A stretch of DNA of 63,823 nucleotides, the filler included. It is 7 parts of 7 records of this genome, joined end to end, with 100 filler letters (N's around TTAATTAATTAA, not from the genome) between each part and the next. Parts side by side here need not be neighbours in the genome. Positions count along the whole stretch, not along the records: positions 1 to 20,140 come from SRR31147125_13199; 6 more parts are not named here. One strand, given 5' to 3'. The translations under genes were made by a program, and so were the position numbers. Position 1 is the first letter of the stretch. Each line of letters begins with the position of its first letter. The notes under the pieces were generated by a model. The model saw nothing but the letters and a program-made list of their open reading frames with translations, searched no databases and had not been told where the DNA came from. This document shows positions 1 to 10,795 of the stretch, piece after piece.

Positions 1-1
1 T

Positions 2-1087
2 TTTGATCTGCTCCGAATCCAGAAACAGTGTCTGTGTCGGATACGCGAACTCAATTTTTTTCGCGTTAAAGGTTTCATAGATTCTCTGCAGAATATCCTG
101 CTGAACATCCATATATACCCCATAATCCGGTACTGGGATATAATACACGGCCTCAAAATCGAGTGAGAATGCGCCCATGGACTTAAAATGAGCTCTGTCG
201 CACTCTACTCCGTCAATAATATCGACAGACTCAATAATTTCCCTGATCATTCCCGGAATAGCTTTCACCTGCTCTTCACTGGTCTGATACGTAACCCCGA
301 CAGCAACTGAGGCACGACGCTTCTGCATGCGTTTCATATTATGGATACGTGAACTGGTCAGGTCTGAGTTCGCAACTGAAAGCAGCTCTCCCTGCAGCGT
401 TCTGAGTTTTGTTGTCTTGACCCCGATCTTTTCCACGGAACCGACCTTATCATCAAACAGAATGAAATCACCAAGTTCGAAGGGTTTGTCCAGCAGGATG
501 ACAAAATAGTTAAAAAGATCTCCAAGAATCCCCTGAGCCGCAATCGCAACGGCAATACCGGAAACACCAAGCCCGGCAATAGCAGCAGTTACATCAAAAC
601 CAAGATTCGCCAGCAGGAATATGGCACCTACAATCCATAAAATGAATTTCACTAGCGCTAAAAGCGGCCGAACACTCTTTTCCTGCAATCCACCGCTCTC
701 TTCACCATCTGATCGGGAACCCTTCATGGCAAAATACTTAACAAAGCTTATTTCTATTGTCTTATTGATTGAACGAATTACCACAAAGGTGATTATGGCA
801 GTAAATGTCCCATTCACAATATTCATAACCGTTGCTTCAAATTCCAGCAGAGATAGGGCATACGCTAATACCCCCAGAAACAGGAAAGGTAATACAATTT
901 TCTGAAACAGGCGCAGCATAGCAGTTGACCGACTTCTGTCTTCCGATTCCAGATTCTTGATCCGTTTACCGATGATCAGCCCGATAATGATCAGGACTGC
1001 CGTACCTGCGATAACGATACCCAGAGACCACAGGTAATCAGCAACTGTGTTGCCCCAATAGATTTTTGATAATATGTTCTCTTTCAT
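2..1087 (-). CDS. mscS: Small-conductance mechanosensitive channel (MscS family), runs off the window edge
   Basis: Not in the ORF track. Manual translation from ATG 1087 gives MKENILSKIYWGNT...AIAGLGVSGIAVAIAAQGILGDLFNYFVILLDKPFELGDFI...VEKIGVKTTKLRTLQGE...IEFAYPTQTL, which carries the MscS TM3 and beta-domain motifs. Confidence 0.93.
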   Translation of the reverse strand, partial: MKENILSKIYWGNTVADYLWSLGIVIAGTAVLIIIGLIIGKRIKNLESEDRSRSTAMLRLFQKIVLPFLFLGVLAYALSLLEFEATVMNIVNGTFTAIITFVVIRSINKTIEISFVKYFAMKGSRSDGEESGGLQEKSVRPLLALVKFILWIVGAIFLLANLGFDVTAAIAGLGVSGIAVAIAAQGILGDLFNYFVILLDKPFELGDFILFDDKVGSVEKIGVKTTKLRTLQGELLSVANSDLTSSRIHNMKRMQKRRASVAVGVTYQTSEEQVKAIPGMIREIIESVDIIDGVECDRAHFKSMGAFSLDFEAVYYIPVPDYGVYMDVQQDILQRIYETFNAKKIEFAYPTQTLFLDSEQIK

Positions 1088-1094
1088 ACCGATA

Positions 1095-1123
1095 ATTGTA
1101 ATCCATCGCTTTGGGACGTGCAA
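1095..1123 (-). promoter_or_regulatory. sigma70 promoter for mscS, probably leaderless
   Basis: Minus strand TTGCAC-N17-TACAAT, then 7 nt to ATG; no SD. Confidence 0.6.
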
Positions 1124-1207
1124 TATAAAAACCATTTAGTGAGTGATTACAAATCTTTTTCACAGTATTTTTTATGCACATTATGCAGACAGGAAATTAC
1201 TCATATC

Positions 1208-3627
1208 CTACCCCTCTTCAGGCACCTGTTTCTCAACTGCCGGAGATTTCCGAACTGGAGTACTTACGGGCGGCAGTTTCCCTCGACGCCGTTGGATCAT
1301 ACGCTGCGTTCCGATCCACAGAATTAATCCGGACGGCAATATGAACAGTGTAGCCAGCAAGGTGTTCATGAGAGCTATGGATATGAGAAAACCAAAGTAT
1401 TTGATTGGAATAAAGCTGGCGAGTGTCAGTACCAGCAATCCGCCGATTATTGAAAGGGTTGTCAGGATTATGGGTCGCCCAGTCAGTTCGATCGTACGCT
1501 TTATTGCAGGCTTCAAACTTCCGGAGCGATAAAAGTAGAGTGTTTTAAATCGCAGGATAAAATGCACCGCGTCGTCTATTCCGACCCCGACTGTGACGCT
1601 GGCAAATGCTATAGTGACCATATCGAATGGGATACTGAAGGCATACATGAATATATAGTTCGTCATAATACCGAAAAGAATGGGAAGCAGTGCCATAATG
1701 CCGTACTTCAGTGACTTGAAAGTTACCCATGCTATAAAAAATACAATGACTATAGATAATACTGTTGAATCCCGCTGATCCTTCGCAATCAGATTGCTTA
1801 AAGATAGGAAACGCTTACTTTGTCCCCAGACTGTATAGTTACACTCTTCAGGCAGTATATCTGCGGCGTATTCGCCCATGGCATCTATCACTTTCTGTGA
1901 ATCCTTCAAATCTGCCAATCGATTTGTATCTTCATTCGCATATCGGAACGCTATGGTAATCCGATTAGCAGTTTCATCCAAAATCAGTTCCAGATCGCTG
2001 TTACCTGCACTTGTTTCAGAAATTAATCCGATATACCTGGACATCAGCATGATGAGTCCCCGCGTATCAGGGATTTCGGATTCTCCAGTCATGATGTTAT
2101 TGAAAAAACGAACATATGTAGGAAATGATAATGTGTGTGTTATTTCCGATATATTTTCTCTAATTGCATTCTCATACGTATCAATTATCTGCAGATTTTC
2201 AGGTTCCAGGAAATATTTGTCAGAACCTTCCGGTGCATCAATAGTAATATAGACACCATCCATTCCACCGATACGGCTAACCATTTTCTTTAATCCGGTT
2301 ATTGCTTCATCTTCCTGCGGGAAGTAATGGACATAACTGGTTTCAAAGAATACCCGCGGGTAGGCATAGACGAAAACACCTATTGTCAGAATAAATATCG
2401 AAATTAATATAATCCAGCGTTTAATGACAAAATTTGCAAGTGCTTTGATGAAAACCGACATCCGGCCTTTCACTACCCGTTTGTAGTAGCTTTTTTCGGG
2501 TTAGGAAGTCTGCTCAATACCGCCGGCATATAGAACAAAGTAAGTAATACACAAACAAAGATTCCGATGGAAGTAGATATACCAAACTGACGGAATTCAG
2601 GAATGCGGGTGACCAGCAGACTGAGAAATCCAGCTATAGTTGTCAATCCAGCCGTGATTACCGTATTACTTATCTGAGAAACGACTTCTAGAATCCAGCT
2701 TTGATCCTGACAAGCCATTTTTTTCGGATGCGTTCGGAAATATTCACTGAGTAAGTGGATACTGTAGGAACTGCCTAGTGTTAGAATAAGCACAGGCGTT
2801 ATGATATTAATTATCGTCAGCTCGAATCCCAGCAGAGAAACAATACCCATAGACCATATTGCCCCGAAAACTACTACAGCCATGGGTAAAAACACCGATC
2901 GTTTTGCCCCGAAACTCAAGTAGTAGATCAGCATGATTATAATGAAGCAGATAACCAGAAGGACTATCAGGTCTTTTTGGAGATAGAACATAACCCGGTC
3001 AGTGAATAGTAATCCACCATTCAGAGATACTTCGGAAAACTCCGCAAGTGGTTCAACAATATTACGCAATTCTTTCATCTGTTCAGAATTTTCATCGGCC
3101 AGAACCATTGCGGGAAAGTACAACAGCATGGAAGTACCGTCTTCCGAAAGAAAGAGATTCTTTGCTATTTCATCTGCAAGAATACGGGCTTTCATCTCCT
3201 CGGCAGCTTCTACAGTCCATTCCTCATCGCTTTTTACCGTATTCATTGGGGTTACAGCCAGACGCGTTCCTTTTTTACTGGCCGTAATAAAGGAAAATGG
3301 ATGGATACCTTTTCCGATGTTTTCATAAGATTCAATCTGTATGATGGCATCCTGAATTTTTTCCAGGTTTTCCGGATCGTACAGATCGTCACCGGTAAGG
3401 AGCACGATAAAATTATCGGTGAAATCACCATTATTAAAGAGCTCGATGAAATCCTGATTGCTCTGATCATCATGCGGCAGAAGAGTGTTGAAATCAGGAT
3501 TCAGCTTAATCTGTATCGAAAAGAAGCCAAGAACTGCAGAGATAATCAGTGTGGTGATAATGACAATCAGTGATTTATTCATCGCAAAAGAGACTGCGTT
3601 ATTGATGAACTTTGCGGTTTTTTTCAT
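1208..3627 (-). pseudogene. MMPL/RND-family transporter split by a single frameshift (ORFs 2473-3627 and 1208-2473)
   Basis: Each half is one MMPL repeat (1 TM, periplasmic loop, 5 TM; GSSYSIH and GVGIDDAVH). One extra A at the A6 run 2491-2496 fuses them as PNPKKSYYKRVVKGRM. Could be an assembly error. Confidence 0.75.
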
Positions 3628-3818
3628 ATAGGATTTTCCTGTGGAAACTACATCTCAATTAGTATAACTTCGGCACTGTACATATGTTACAAGTACTGAA
3701 AATCAATTGTATCATTACTAAAATGATAGAGCAATAGTGTCTGATATATACATCCTATTGTCTTTTACGATGGGCTTTGATAGAGTTGAAGAAAACATAC
3801 ATATAAAGGAGCATGTAA

Positions 3819-4964
3819 TTGCCCAAAAAGAAGATATTATTTACATTCCTCAAGACCGGCGGAGGACATATTGCCCCGGCTTCAGCAGTAAGCTCTTACC
3901 TGGAAGACACTTATAGTGAATCAACAGAAATTATCATGTGTGATTTTTTCAAATCCATTGGAGAAACAGCACTTGATAATAGATTTTTAAAATCCTGGGA
4001 TTCCATGCTGCTGCACCCAAACTTCAACAAGCATGGACATGCATTCATCTCCCATTTCCCTGCGCTGGTAAGATTATGGGAATACATGACTCTAAAGAGA
4101 TCAATTGCAGCGGCAATTGCCTATATTGAGCAGGAAGTTCCAGATATCGTGGTCAGCACACACGGCTTCACGGCTTTTGTACTGGAGTATGTTAAGCGAA
4201 AGTCATCACATCCCTTCTCTCTGGTAACCATGAGCACAGATCCGCTTTCATCACATATTTTCATTGAACTGCTGAACAGACAGGATTACTATATTGTCTC
4301 ATCAGAATTTTCAAAACAACGCTTGATAACCGGGGGCTGCAAGGAAGAACGTATCCATATGTTCCCTTTCCCGATTAATCGGACTTTCACTCGTGAGATT
4401 GATAAAGAGAGATTGGAGAGTCTCCGCAATGAGTATGGAATTGATTCGGTAAAGAAGACACTGCTTGTCTCTTTTGGAGGACAGGGAGTCGGCAATATCA
4501 CTGTTTTCCTGGATGCCCTGATTGAAAATAACACCGCCATTAATGTTGTAGTTGTCTGCGGTAGAAACGAGCAGCAGTTTCAGATGCTTAAAAAGAATTA
4601 CAATTTTGAAACTTCCGGAAATGTTAACATTGTCCCACTTGGATTCATTGATAATATGCCGGAAATTGTTTCCTTATGTGATTTCAGCTTTATTAAACCG
4701 GGAGTCTCCACTACATTTGAGAATTTACTGAAACGCAAGCCAATAATTTTTTATGAATCGGCCGCGCATATAGAAGACGCCAATATCGATTTCGCTAAAG
4801 AGCATGGGATTGGCATTGATGTCGGAAACAGCGTACAGAAATTTGTGGATGCAGTCACATACTATCTTAAAGATAATGGGCTTGAAATTGCTCAGGAGAA
4901 ATATCAATCTCTCGAGCTCCATAATGGAGCAGATCAGATCGGTGATTTCCTCATGAATCTATGA
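3819..4964 (+). CDS. MGDG synthase/UgtP-like diacylglycerol glycosyltransferase (GT28)
   Basis: TGGGH, DIVVSTH, FGGQG, VCGRN, GFIDNM and KPG motifs; AAGGAG SD before TTG. Confidence 0.85.
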   Translation: MPKKKILFTFLKTGGGHIAPASAVSSYLEDTYSESTEIIMCDFFKSIGETALDNRFLKSWDSMLLHPNFNKHGHAFISHFPALVRLWEYMTLKRSIAAAIAYIEQEVPDIVVSTHGFTAFVLEYVKRKSSHPFSLVTMSTDPLSSHIFIELLNRQDYYIVSSEFSKQRLITGGCKEERIHMFPFPINRTFTREIDKERLESLRNEYGIDSVKKTLLVSFGGQGVGNITVFLDALIENNTAINVVVVCGRNEQQFQMLKKNYNFETSGNVNIVPLGFIDNMPEIVSLCDFSFIKPGVSTTFENLLKRKPIIFYESAAHIEDANIDFAKEHGIGIDVGNSVQKFVDAVTYYLKDNGLEIAQEKYQSLELHNGADQIGDFLMNL

Positions 4965-6062
4965 CAGCCAGTCTGTAATTCGCCCCATAGTTCTTTTAAT
5001 CACCTGATCCATATTGTAATAGGTATACTCAGCCAATCTGCCGATAAACAGGTATTGGCCATCAGCTTCCAGCTTTTCTACCTCTTCCATATAGGCTGTT
5101 CGTTTATCCATATTTTCATCAGTCATGACAATATAGTAGGGCTCACCCTTCGGAAGGGGATATTCATAACAGACTGTTGTTTTTGGTGACTTCTCACCAC
5201 TGAGTTTCTTATATTCAGTAATGCGTGTCCAGTCATAATCCTCCGGATAATTGACAACAGCCGCCGGCTGGTAGGATTCCTGGTCCAGGGTCTTCAGCTC
5301 CAGCCGTAGTGATCTGTATTCAAGTTCTCCGAATTTGTAATTAAAAAATCTGTCCAACTCTCCGGTATATATAGTCAATTCCGGTGTAATCAGCGGCCGA
5401 ATATTAAAATAATCGGCTCCGGTCATAATGCTGATATTTTCATGATCTGCCATCCGTTCCATCATAGCGGTATAACCATTTATCGGAATCCCCTGATACT
5501 TGTCGGCAAAATAGCGGTCATCCCTGTTATCCCTGACGGGAATTCTTCTTGCCACTTCAGCGGAGAGTAATTCCGGAGCTCTGCCCCACTGTTTTTCCGT
5601 ATAGGGTTTAAAAAACATTTCATAGAGGCGTTCACCAACTTGTGAAACCACTGCGTCACGGAAATTTTCAGGCGGATCGGAAAACTTTGCTTTAGCAACA
5701 TCGGCATCAAGAACCGCGCGAACATCTGATACGGCAATTTCACGGCCGAAGATCTTGGACAAGGTATCGCGATTGATGGGAAACGGATAAAAGTTCCCCT
5801 GTGCATATGACAGCACCCGATGCTGGTACATGGTGAAATCGGTAAATGCTTGTACAAAGTCCCAGACTTCCTTATTCACTGTATGAAAAATATGGGGGCC
5901 GTAGGTATGTATTGTAATCCCATGTTCATTACGATAATCATGACAATGACCCGCTATATGTTTATTTCTTTCTACAACAAGTACTTTCTTACCGGAATCA
6001 GCCAGCAGGCGGGCACTGGTCAACCCAGCCAATCCAGCTCCTGCTATTACTACATCAAACAT
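4959..6062 (-). CDS. glf: UDP-galactopyranose mutase
   Basis: GAGLAG FAD motif, HTYGPHIFHT, YTEKQWG, RYFADKYQGIP, GRLAEYTYYNMDQ. Confidence 0.96.
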   Translation of the reverse strand: MFDVVIAGAGLAGLTSARLLADSGKKVLVVERNKHIAGHCHDYRNEHGITIHTYGPHIFHTVNKEVWDFVQAFTDFTMYQHRVLSYAQGNFYPFPINRDTLSKIFGREIAVSDVRAVLDADVAKAKFSDPPENFRDAVVSQVGERLYEMFFKPYTEKQWGRAPELLSAEVARRIPVRDNRDDRYFADKYQGIPINGYTAMMERMADHENISIMTGADYFNIRPLITPELTIYTGELDRFFNYKFGELEYRSLRLELKTLDQESYQPAAVVNYPEDYDWTRITEYKKLSGEKSPKTTVCYEYPLPKGEPYYIVMTDENMDKRTAYMEEVEKLEADGQYLFIGRLAEYTYYNMDQVIKRTMGRITDWLS

Positions 6063-6194
6063 GCAGACCACCTTTCTAGGAAAATTTAAAACATAATATC
6101 ATGAGCTAAGTATTCTTTCCATAGCAGTTAATTCTGAAAGTCCGCAAAGCTGCATTTACTCTGATTCTCCAAACTGAATCTACCGTATGATTTC

Positions 6195-6224
6195 TGGACA
6201 GAACCTTTAGTTTAGTGCTATACT
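6195..6224 (+). promoter_or_regulatory. Extended -10 promoter for 6232, probably leaderless
   Basis: TGGACA-N18-TATACT with TG extension, 7 nt to ATG, no SD. Confidence 0.55.
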
Positions 6225-6231
6225 CCCGCCA

Positions 6232-6633
6232 ATGTTTGAATCGCTTTTACAGTTCATACTCAACAAAGCCGAAGTCATACAGCAGCAGCATGCTGTTAAT
6301 CCCTGGATATATCTCAGTTTAGTCGTTGTATGCACAGGTCCTTACTATTTTTCCTTATTCAAATTTCTTAAATCCGTTGTAAAGAAAGAAGTCAATTCAG
6401 GTATAATCTGGCTGGTTATCTGCTTGACGATGATTGTTCTGCCTAATATCTATATTCTGATTTGGGGAAAGAATTTACCCTGGTATATCTATGCGGCTAT
6501 TGCCGGGCTGACCATTTTCGGAATCTTCGCACTTATACAGAAGGTCAGAGCCTCAAGGAAAAACGCGAGTAATGAGAAGAAATCAGACAATTCTGCTAAG
6601 ACAGACAATAGCCATCAACCACCCGTATCCTGA
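6232..6633 (+). CDS. Small membrane protein of unknown function (about 3 TM)
   Basis: Three hydrophobic segments and a polar tail; has its own promoter. Confidence 0.7.
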   Translation: MFESLLQFILNKAEVIQQQHAVNPWIYLSLVVVCTGPYYFSLFKFLKSVVKKEVNSGIIWLVICLTMIVLPNIYILIWGKNLPWYIYAAIAGLTIFGIFALIQKVRASRKNASNEKKSDNSAKTDNSHQPPVS

Positions 6634-6641
6634 ATCTGTAA

Positions 6642-7436
6642 TTACATATTCTCCGGCTGATCAACGGTTTTAACTGAATATCCTATCTGAGAAAAGCGGA
6701 TGTTGATTTCTGAATCAAGATTCCAATCAGTAACTACACTATTAATCATATCCGGCGCAGCATACGACATAAATGATGATTTATCGAATTTTGATGAGTC
6801 AACCAGCACATACGATGTATCGGCATCGGCAATCACGATTTCATTCATTTGTGATGTCCGCTCATCAGTTGTCATAAACCCCTTCTTCATGCTGATTGCA
6901 TCGGCCCCGAGAAAGGCTTTGGATATATGGAATTTCTTCAGGACTTCTTCGGCTACCGACCCGCAGACATCCAGCCGGGAAAGACGCACTTCTCCACCCA
7001 GAAGAATCACTTTGCAGTAGTTGGCAATCGGATCAAAATTTGCAAGAGAATTAGACAAGATCACGATATCACCTACTTCACCGGCCTTGATTCGATTCAC
7101 CAGACTTAGAACAAATTGATGTATAGTGGTACCTGAATCGCAGAAAATACGCTCGCCTGATTCAATAAGTGACGCACAGTAATTACCAATTGCCACTTTT
7201 TCATGCAGAAACCGCATCTCCTTACTATGGTATGAGTAATCGCTCAGGTACTGCTCTGAAAGCTGCACCCCGCCATGCACACGAATAACTTTCTGATTGG
7301 ATTCCAGCTTGGAACACATCCGTCTGGCAGTTGTCTCCGATATCGAGAGCCAGTCCGCCACCTGTTTTATATCGAGTCTTCTGTAGGTTTGAAGCAGTTC
7401 CAGCAGTTTCTGCTCCCGTTTCTCAATCTTTGACAT
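6642..7436 (-). CDS. DeoR/GlpR family transcriptional regulator
   Basis: HTH ISETTARRMC...RVHGG; sensor domain CDSGTT, LLGGE, DSSKF; AAGGAG SD before ATG 7436. Confidence 0.93.
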   Translation of the reverse strand: MSKIEKREQKLLELLQTYRRLDIKQVADWLSISETTARRMCSKLESNQKVIRVHGGVQLSEQYLSDYSYHSKEMRFLHEKVAIGNYCASLIESGERIFCDSGTTIHQFVLSLVNRIKAGEVGDIVILSNSLANFDPIANYCKVILLGGEVRLSRLDVCGSVAEEVLKKFHISKAFLGADAISMKKGFMTTDERTSQMNEIVIADADTSYVLVDSSKFDKSSFMSYAAPDMINSVVTDWNLDSEINIRFSQIGYSVKTVDQPENM

Positions 7437-7509
7437 TGTGTGCTCCTTAAAAACCTGATGCATCCATCAGAGTATGTACCGCAACATACCGTATTTTGCT
7501 CATACCGGT

Positions 7510-8955
7510 CTAGCCATTTTCCTGCATGGCTTGGAATTGACTATACCGTCCTTTCAGCAGTGCCGCCTGTTCCCCATTCGGTTCATATATCCGGGTATCA
7601 GATACAGGCTGCAGATTCACTCCGATTCCGCGGGCAGCTACAAGTGCGGCTCCTACTGCTCCTGCAGATTTTCCAAATCTGATGACTACCCGCATATTGA
7701 ACACATCGGCAATAATTTGAGGCCATACAGGACTATTTGTCGGTCCGCCAACCAGCAGGATTTCGTCTAGTGCATCTGAGACCATTCCCTTTGTCTCCAC
7801 CAGGTATTTCAATCTGAAAACTATCCCTTCCAACAGAGCACGGGCCGCGGCGGGAGTGCCCCCTGCAGAAACCAATGTCTCCAGAGTCTCCCGGCTGCAA
7901 TGTGTACTTATTGGGTCGATAACCGGTACCGCTGCTTCAATCGGACATCGCATGGCTAATTCATCAAAGATTTCCAGTGGATTTCTCTTCTCATCCGCCT
8001 CATTATTCAGATACCAGGCAATAAATTCATCTACCCATGCATTAAAGAATTTCCCCGCGCCTGTTACACTGAACATGCCGAACCAGCTGCCGCCAATGTT
8101 TTCTTCGTAGGGATCTATCAGCATACCGCGCTGTAATCCGGTTTCCCGATCCGGTAGGATTGTGCACCCCACCCAGGAAGTACCGCATGAAAGCATCAAT
8201 TGATTTGATGAATGCAGATTGACAGCCCGGGCGGCTCCCGGGTGATCGAATGAACCAAGCACGATGCTGGTATCACTTTCCAAACCGGTTTTTCCCCGTA
8301 AAGAGTCGCGAACCTTCCCGGCAAGTGTTCCGGTGGGTACTATTTCGGAGACTTGTTCGGGCTTCAGCCCTAATGTGCGAAAAAGTGGGAGGAATCGTGC
8401 TTTTTCAGCCTGATCAAAAAGATAGAGTGTAGATCCTGTGGAATCATCAACCATCCATTCACCGCACAGCAGATAGACAAGATAATCATTGTTCATAGCA
8501 ATACGGTTGGCCCCAAGCAGCTCAGGTCGATGCTTTTTCAACCACAGCAGTCTTCCCAGAGGAAACTGAGGGGAAAACGGCCACCCCGCCACGGCATGTA
8601 TCTTTTCGGGGCTTAATCCGCAGTCGGCAGCTGAAATTGTCCTGTCGGCAGGTGTTGTATCCAGCCAGCTGAAGATTGGGGTAATCGGTTCATTTTCATC
8701 ATTCAAAAACAGCAGATTACCGGATGCGGTCACCCACGACACTGCATTAATCCGATATCCCTGGCTGCTTAATTTCTTCAGGATTCTGAATACTTGATCA
8801 CAGTATGAATTCGCGTCTATTTCAACTACCGCCGGATTATCTGATTCCAGAAAAATAACATCTTCAGATGCAGAATCAATTATAGTTCCATTCTCACCCA
8901 GCAGCACGCCTTTCAGAGCAGTACTGCCGAGATCCAGTCCGATATAACCTTTCAT
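7510..8955 (-). CDS. FGGY family carbohydrate kinase
   Basis: GLDLGST, SWLD, GSFDH, SCGTS, VGGPTNSPVWPQIIADV; AGGAG SD favours ATG 8955. Confidence 0.88.
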   Translation of the reverse strand: MKGYIGLDLGSTALKGVLLGENGTIIDSASEDVIFLESDNPAVVEIDANSYCDQVFRILKKLSSQGYRINAVSWVTASGNLLFLNDENEPITPIFSWLDTTPADRTISAADCGLSPEKIHAVAGWPFSPQFPLGRLLWLKKHRPELLGANRIAMNNDYLVYLLCGEWMVDDSTGSTLYLFDQAEKARFLPLFRTLGLKPEQVSEIVPTGTLAGKVRDSLRGKTGLESDTSIVLGSFDHPGAARAVNLHSSNQLMLSCGTSWVGCTILPDRETGLQRGMLIDPYEENIGGSWFGMFSVTGAGKFFNAWVDEFIAWYLNNEADEKRNPLEIFDELAMRCPIEAAVPVIDPISTHCSRETLETLVSAGGTPAAARALLEGIVFRLKYLVETKGMVSDALDEILLVGGPTNSPVWPQIIADVFNMRVVIRFGKSAGAVGAALVAARGIGVNLQPVSDTRIYEPNGEQAALLKGRYSQFQAMQENG

Positions 8956-9060
8956 GTATTCCATACTCCTGTATAACGGTAATGGGTGGTATTCATGTAT
9001 ATGCTTGGGGTTCTGCCCCAGCTTATAATCGAAGTTTACCATAGATTTAGCCGCTTTGGT

Positions 9061-9132
9061 ACCATTTTCCTGATCATAATGAGCATTTCGTTCATTTTTT
9101 GCTTGACTCTATCATTTATAAGGGGTGATAAT
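9061..9132 (+). promoter_or_regulatory. Promoter for the isomerase operon with phased CATTT-type repeats upstream of and overlapping -35 (candidate DeoR operator)
   Basis: TTGACT(9103)-N18-GATAAT; CAT cores at 9063, 9075, 9084, 9093 and 9113. Confidence 0.45.
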
Positions 9133-9152
9133 GAGATTAATTATGGGTATGC

Positions 9153-9320
9153 TGAACTGACCGGAAGAGTGTGGGATTTAGTGGAAGGCTAATTATTGCC
9201 TGAAAAAGAAATCCATCATTTGTAATCGTACCAGTTTCAGCAAATATAATGTATATGTAATAACTACAGAGACCGAAAAGGATTGCGGAGATATTTCCCA
9301 CACTCTTCCAGTCAGTTACA
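9153..9320. mobile_element. MITE-like element or IS relic with 22-bp terminal inverted repeats
   Basis: AACTGACCGGAAGAGTGTGGGA (9155-9176) versus TCCCACACTCTTCCAGTCAGTT (9296-9317), one mismatch; TG...CA ends; no transposase and no clear target duplication. Confidence 0.55.
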
Positions 9321-9365
9321 ATAATAATTACGGTTTGCGAACCGGCAACGCAAAAGAGGTTACTA

Positions 9366-10754
9366 ATGAATATATCAATTGGTTTATTACCGCTGTATCT
9401 GGCCCTGTATGATGAAGTTGCCCCTGAGATGCGTAAGGAAATCGATGCCTTTTACCTGACCATTGCAGAACAGCTCAAAGAACGCGGATGTACTGTCTCA
9501 ACAATACCCATCTGCCGACTGGAAAACGAATTCAAACAAGCCGTCAATCAATTTGAACAAGACGACGTGGACAGTATTGTTACCTTGCACATGGCATATT
9601 CCCCATCGCTTGAATCCATACAGCCATTACTCACCACAAAGCTGCCTCTTGTTGTATTGAACACAACTCCCGATTTTTCATTCAGTCCCGAACAGGAGGC
9701 CTCCAGAATCTCTTTTAACCACGGCATCCACGGTGTTCAGGACATGTGCAGCATGCTGCTGAGAAATAAGAGAAATTACTTCATTGAATCGGGGCACTGG
9801 CAGAAATCTGACGTAATTGATCGTGTCGTGAAAATCGTAAAAACTGCCGCAGCAGCAGACTCGTTCCTCGGCTCAAAGATAGGAATTATAGGAGAACCAT
9901 TCAAAGGGATGGGAGATTTTCAAATTTCACCGGAGCATCTGAAACGTGCATACGATATAGATATCATTCAATTTCAAGATGGAAAATCAATTAAAGAGAT
10001 CTCAACCGATAAGGATATCGATCAAGAATTAAACCATTATCGCAATTTTCTGGATATATCGGATGTCCCGCAAGAGACCATGCAGGAGAATGCGGCAACT
10101 TCCATCATCCTGAGAGATTGGGTGAATGAGCAGAAGCTGGATGGATTTACCTGCAATTTTCTCTCAGTGAATAAAAAAGGTGCAGTAAAACGTGTTCCAT
10201 TTCTGTTTGCGGCTGTCGGCATGTATGAGGGGCTGGGATATGCCGGGGAAGGCGATGTTCTGACCGCGGCCCTGGTTGCATCACTGCTGAAGTTGAATCC
10301 GCTTTCCACATTTACCGAGATATTTTGTCCGGATTGGGAAAATGACCGCCTATTCTTCAGTCATATGGGAGAACTAAATCCACGCATCTGCCCCGAAACG
10401 GCAAAACTGCTGGCCAAACCCTATGGATACAGCGACGCGCTGCCGCCGGTGTATACAACCGGGCGTTATATGGCCGGGAAAGCCCTGCTGGTGAACCTGG
10501 TACCGCTGCATCCGGATCATTTCCGTCTTATCATCTGTCCCGTAACGCTGCATGATGAAGATGACGCGCCATTTGAAAATGTAGTCAGAGGCTGGATGAC
10601 ATCATCACTCCCGATCAGCGCGTTCCTTACTGAATACAGCAAACTGGGAGGAACACATCATTCAGGATTAATTTACGATGAATCCGTCGAAACATTGAAA
10701 AGATTCGGCACTCAGCTTGGATGGGATGTCCAGGTTATAGGCGATGAGAACTAG
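9366..10754 (+). CDS. L-arabinose/L-fucose isomerase family protein, substrate uncertain
   Basis: AraA-type metal-ligand motifs GYAGEGD, FTE, SHMGE and GGTHH; HGIHGVQD. Confidence 0.8.
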   Translation: MNISIGLLPLYLALYDEVAPEMRKEIDAFYLTIAEQLKERGCTVSTIPICRLENEFKQAVNQFEQDDVDSIVTLHMAYSPSLESIQPLLTTKLPLVVLNTTPDFSFSPEQEASRISFNHGIHGVQDMCSMLLRNKRNYFIESGHWQKSDVIDRVVKIVKTAAAADSFLGSKIGIIGEPFKGMGDFQISPEHLKRAYDIDIIQFQDGKSIKEISTDKDIDQELNHYRNFLDISDVPQETMQENAATSIILRDWVNEQKLDGFTCNFLSVNKKGAVKRVPFLFAAVGMYEGLGYAGEGDVLTAALVASLLKLNPLSTFTEIFCPDWENDRLFFSHMGELNPRICPETAKLLAKPYGYSDALPPVYTTGRYMAGKALLVNLVPLHPDHFRLIICPVTLHDEDDAPFENVVRGWMTSSLPISAFLTEYSKLGGTHHSGLIYDESVETLKRFGTQLGWDVQVIGDEN

Positions 10755-10795
10755 GGGGATCACTCCCACCAGCAACAGCGAATGGAGGTTCGGGT

